Source: Candidatus Aenigmatarchaeota archaeon
GTDB lineage: Archaea > Aenigmatarchaeota > Aenigmatarchaeia > GW2011-AR5 > JAGGXF01
Direction of reading: 5' to 3'
Length of the DNA: 64,000 bases
Assembly: GCA_021157845.1 (NCBI GenBank)
Contig: JAGGVU010000006.1
Span: forward strand, 4,070-68,069
The notes beneath the pieces were generated by a model that saw only the letters and a list, made by a program, of their open reading frames with translations, was not told the origin of the DNA and ran no database searches. Shown here one piece after another: positions 62,262 to 64,000 of the stretch. A program made the translations under genes and the position numbers. The first letter of the stretch is position 1. Each line of letters begins with the position of its first letter.

Positions 62262-62624
62262 TTGTTATTTTTTAAAGAGCATTGGGAAGATGTAGAACTA
62301 TCTATTATGCTGACAAAACCAACTGAAATATTTGGAAAAACAACAGAAAGTCAAAAAATAAAATTTGATGTGAATGAAAATAATTCTAAGTCGCTTGAAA
62401 ACTTAATAAAAGATTTTGAAAGCGGGAAGGATATGAAAATATGTTATAAGAAGGCGTATGGACTTGGGCAACCATCAAAAATCTTTGAAAAGATATATTA
62501 TGGCGTTAAGACGAAACGTGGCAAAATTAAGGTCGATGGCGAAGAAAAGTATCAGTTTTTTATTGCCGGAGATCTCTTTGGAAAATATAGTATCGAGAGA
62601 ATTAACGAATTTAAAGAAATTTAA
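62262..62624 (+). CDS. Hypothetical protein; paralog of the upstream ORF
   Basis: See the previous feature. Confidence 0.45.
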   Translation: MLFFKEHWEDVELSIMLTKPTEIFGKTTESQKIKFDVNENNSKSLENLIKDFESGKDMKICYKKAYGLGQPSKIFEKIYYGVKTKRGKIKVDGEEKYQFFIAGDLFGKYSIERINEFKEI

Positions 62625-62766
62625 AGACAGTTAAAGCTGATTTGGCATCTGCTGTTGAATAGATTTTTAAATTGGATTTCTCAGACTATTTGGACGTTGC
62701 GAACTAAGAGAGGAAAATTATTTAAATAGACAATTGTAAGTTTCTTTTGTTATCTGAGGTGATTTC

Positions 62767-62952
62767 GTGAAAATTCCAGTTATTGATAAAGAAAAATGCG
62801 TTGGCTGTAGCGCTTGCGTAGCTTCGTGTCCAAAAAAAGTTTTTGAGATTAAGGATGGCAAATCCAATGTAGTAAGGCCCAATGACTGTATACAATGCGG
62901 AACATGTGAAAAAGTTTGTCCAGTAGGAGCAATAAAATTAGAAGAAAAATAA
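62767..62952 (+). CDS. 2x[4Fe-4S] ferredoxin
   Basis: Two CxxCxxCxxxCP motifs (CVGCSACVASCP, CIQCGTCEKVCP) in 61 aa. Confidence 0.85.
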   Translation: MKIPVIDKEKCVGCSACVASCPKKVFEIKDGKSNVVRPNDCIQCGTCEKVCPVGAIKLEEK

Positions 62953-62965
62953 TAAAATAAAAAAT

Positions 62966-63841
62966 TTATCTAAACAGCCATCCAAGCAGACCTTTTGATT
63001 TTTCTTCTTTATCAGCCAATTTCTCTAATCTGTTAACTTCTTCATTTAGTGCTGATATATGCTCTTCTATCAATGGCCGGATATTATCCGGAACCTTTTC
63101 TTTTAGTTGTTCAAGCCTTTGAAGTTTATTCTGGATATGTATTGTCCGCTGCTTGATTGCCTTGGCAGCTTTTCTGTCTCCTCCCACGAAGAGCCTTACC
63201 AAGAATCTTCTGCGCTCTATCTTTTTCTGCGCTTGTATAAGCCCTATGGATGAGAAATTCAAATCAGATGATATATTCTTTAGCTCTTTTTTTATGGTTT
63301 GGTTATCAGTTAATTCTGCAATATCAGCTATATTGGCAGCATAAATTCTGGTCCTGTTTCTCATTCTTTCCCGTATTTCTTGTTTTGTGCAGTTTGTGCA
63401 ATTCAGTAATTGAATTCTTGCTTTAAATTTCTCTATGACTCTTGTTCTTGCCCGAATTGATTGGTTGCTGGCATTACCATAGTTAATATTCTGCTTAATT
63501 GCTTTTATTGCCCTTACTAGACCATATGGATGAAACTTTACTATATTTTTCTTAAGTTGTCCCTTACTAACGCCTGTTATTTCATTTACGCTTTCATTTT
63601 CATCTTCCTCTAAGTCTGATGTATCATTTACTTCTTTTTCTACTGTTTCGTTCTTTGAAAAATTTGTCGCATCTTCCAGTCCAAACGTATCATTGGTCTG
63701 GTTATGATGAGCACCATGCATTTGTGCATGTTCATTTATGGCAAACGCAGAACTAGCTAAAAGAAGAATTCCTAAAATGATTAAAATTTTTTTCATTTTA
63801 ACACCTCTCAGATTGTATCTTAATTGATATAAATTATACAA
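62966..63841 (-). CDS. Secreted coiled-coil protein with a signal peptide (291 aa)
   Basis: Signal peptide MKKILIILGILLLASSAFA; Asn/Glu-rich region followed by a basic coiled-coil region. Confidence 0.5.
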   Translation of the reverse strand: MYNLYQLRYNLRGVKMKKILIILGILLLASSAFAINEHAQMHGAHHNQTNDTFGLEDATNFSKNETVEKEVNDTSDLEEDENESVNEITGVSKGQLKKNIVKFHPYGLVRAIKAIKQNINYGNASNQSIRARTRVIEKFKARIQLLNCTNCTKQEIRERMRNRTRIYAANIADIAELTDNQTIKKELKNISSDLNFSSIGLIQAQKKIERRRFLVRLFVGGDRKAAKAIKQRTIHIQNKLQRLEQLKEKVPDNIRPLIEEHISALNEEVNRLEKLADKEEKSKGLLGWLFR

Positions 63842-63915
63842 AGACGGTATTTAAAGGTTTTACTAAAGTCCCTAAAATAGTTAACCTAAAATTATGAGAA
63901 ATCAAAAAAAACCGG

Positions 63916-64000
63916 TCATTCTTTGACCATATATTCAGGTGCTGGTTTTTTCAGCGGCTTAGAAAATTTCTTTTCTATCTCTTCTCGGTGTTTTGTATTG
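63916..64000 (-). CDS. C-terminal end of a gene that starts beyond the window end (partial)
   Basis: Open minus-strand frame ending ...PEYMVKE-stop at about 63916, followed by a T-rich tract on the coding strand. Confidence 0.3.
   Translation of the reverse strand, partial: NTKHREEIEKKFSKPLKKPAPEYMVKE

Overview
This is an AT-rich (about 30-35% GC) archaeal chromosomal segment with high coding density, probably from a small-genome, DPANN-like lineage. It carries the conserved archaeal transcription/translation cluster on the minus strand: rpoH, rpoB, rpoA', rpoA'', L30e, nusA, S12, S7, then an insertion, then EF-2. Housekeeping genes include secY, thiC, thyX, herA, mre11, rad50, PCNA, SRP54, PIMT and CDP-archaeol synthase, plus a RimK-type ATP-grasp cluster. 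The 5' end of the window is an accessory surface-protein locus: a 462-aa beta-helix protein with thrombospondin-type-3-like Ca-binding repeats, a 3915-aa giant modular surface protein, and a truncated Cys-rich secreted protein. A 5S rRNA and at least six tRNA genes are present. Every tRNA carries two or three introns at canonical and non-canonical (D-loop, T-loop) positions, and the introns belong to a shared, apparently mobile sequence family. One tRNA-like gene spans about 440 bp and encloses two blocks of about 50-bp tandem repeats with promoter-like motifs; I could not fold it completely by eye. Other features are a four-gene operon of unknown proteins with an A9 homopolymer frameshift, and insertion of three unrelated genes into the S7/EF-2 operon.
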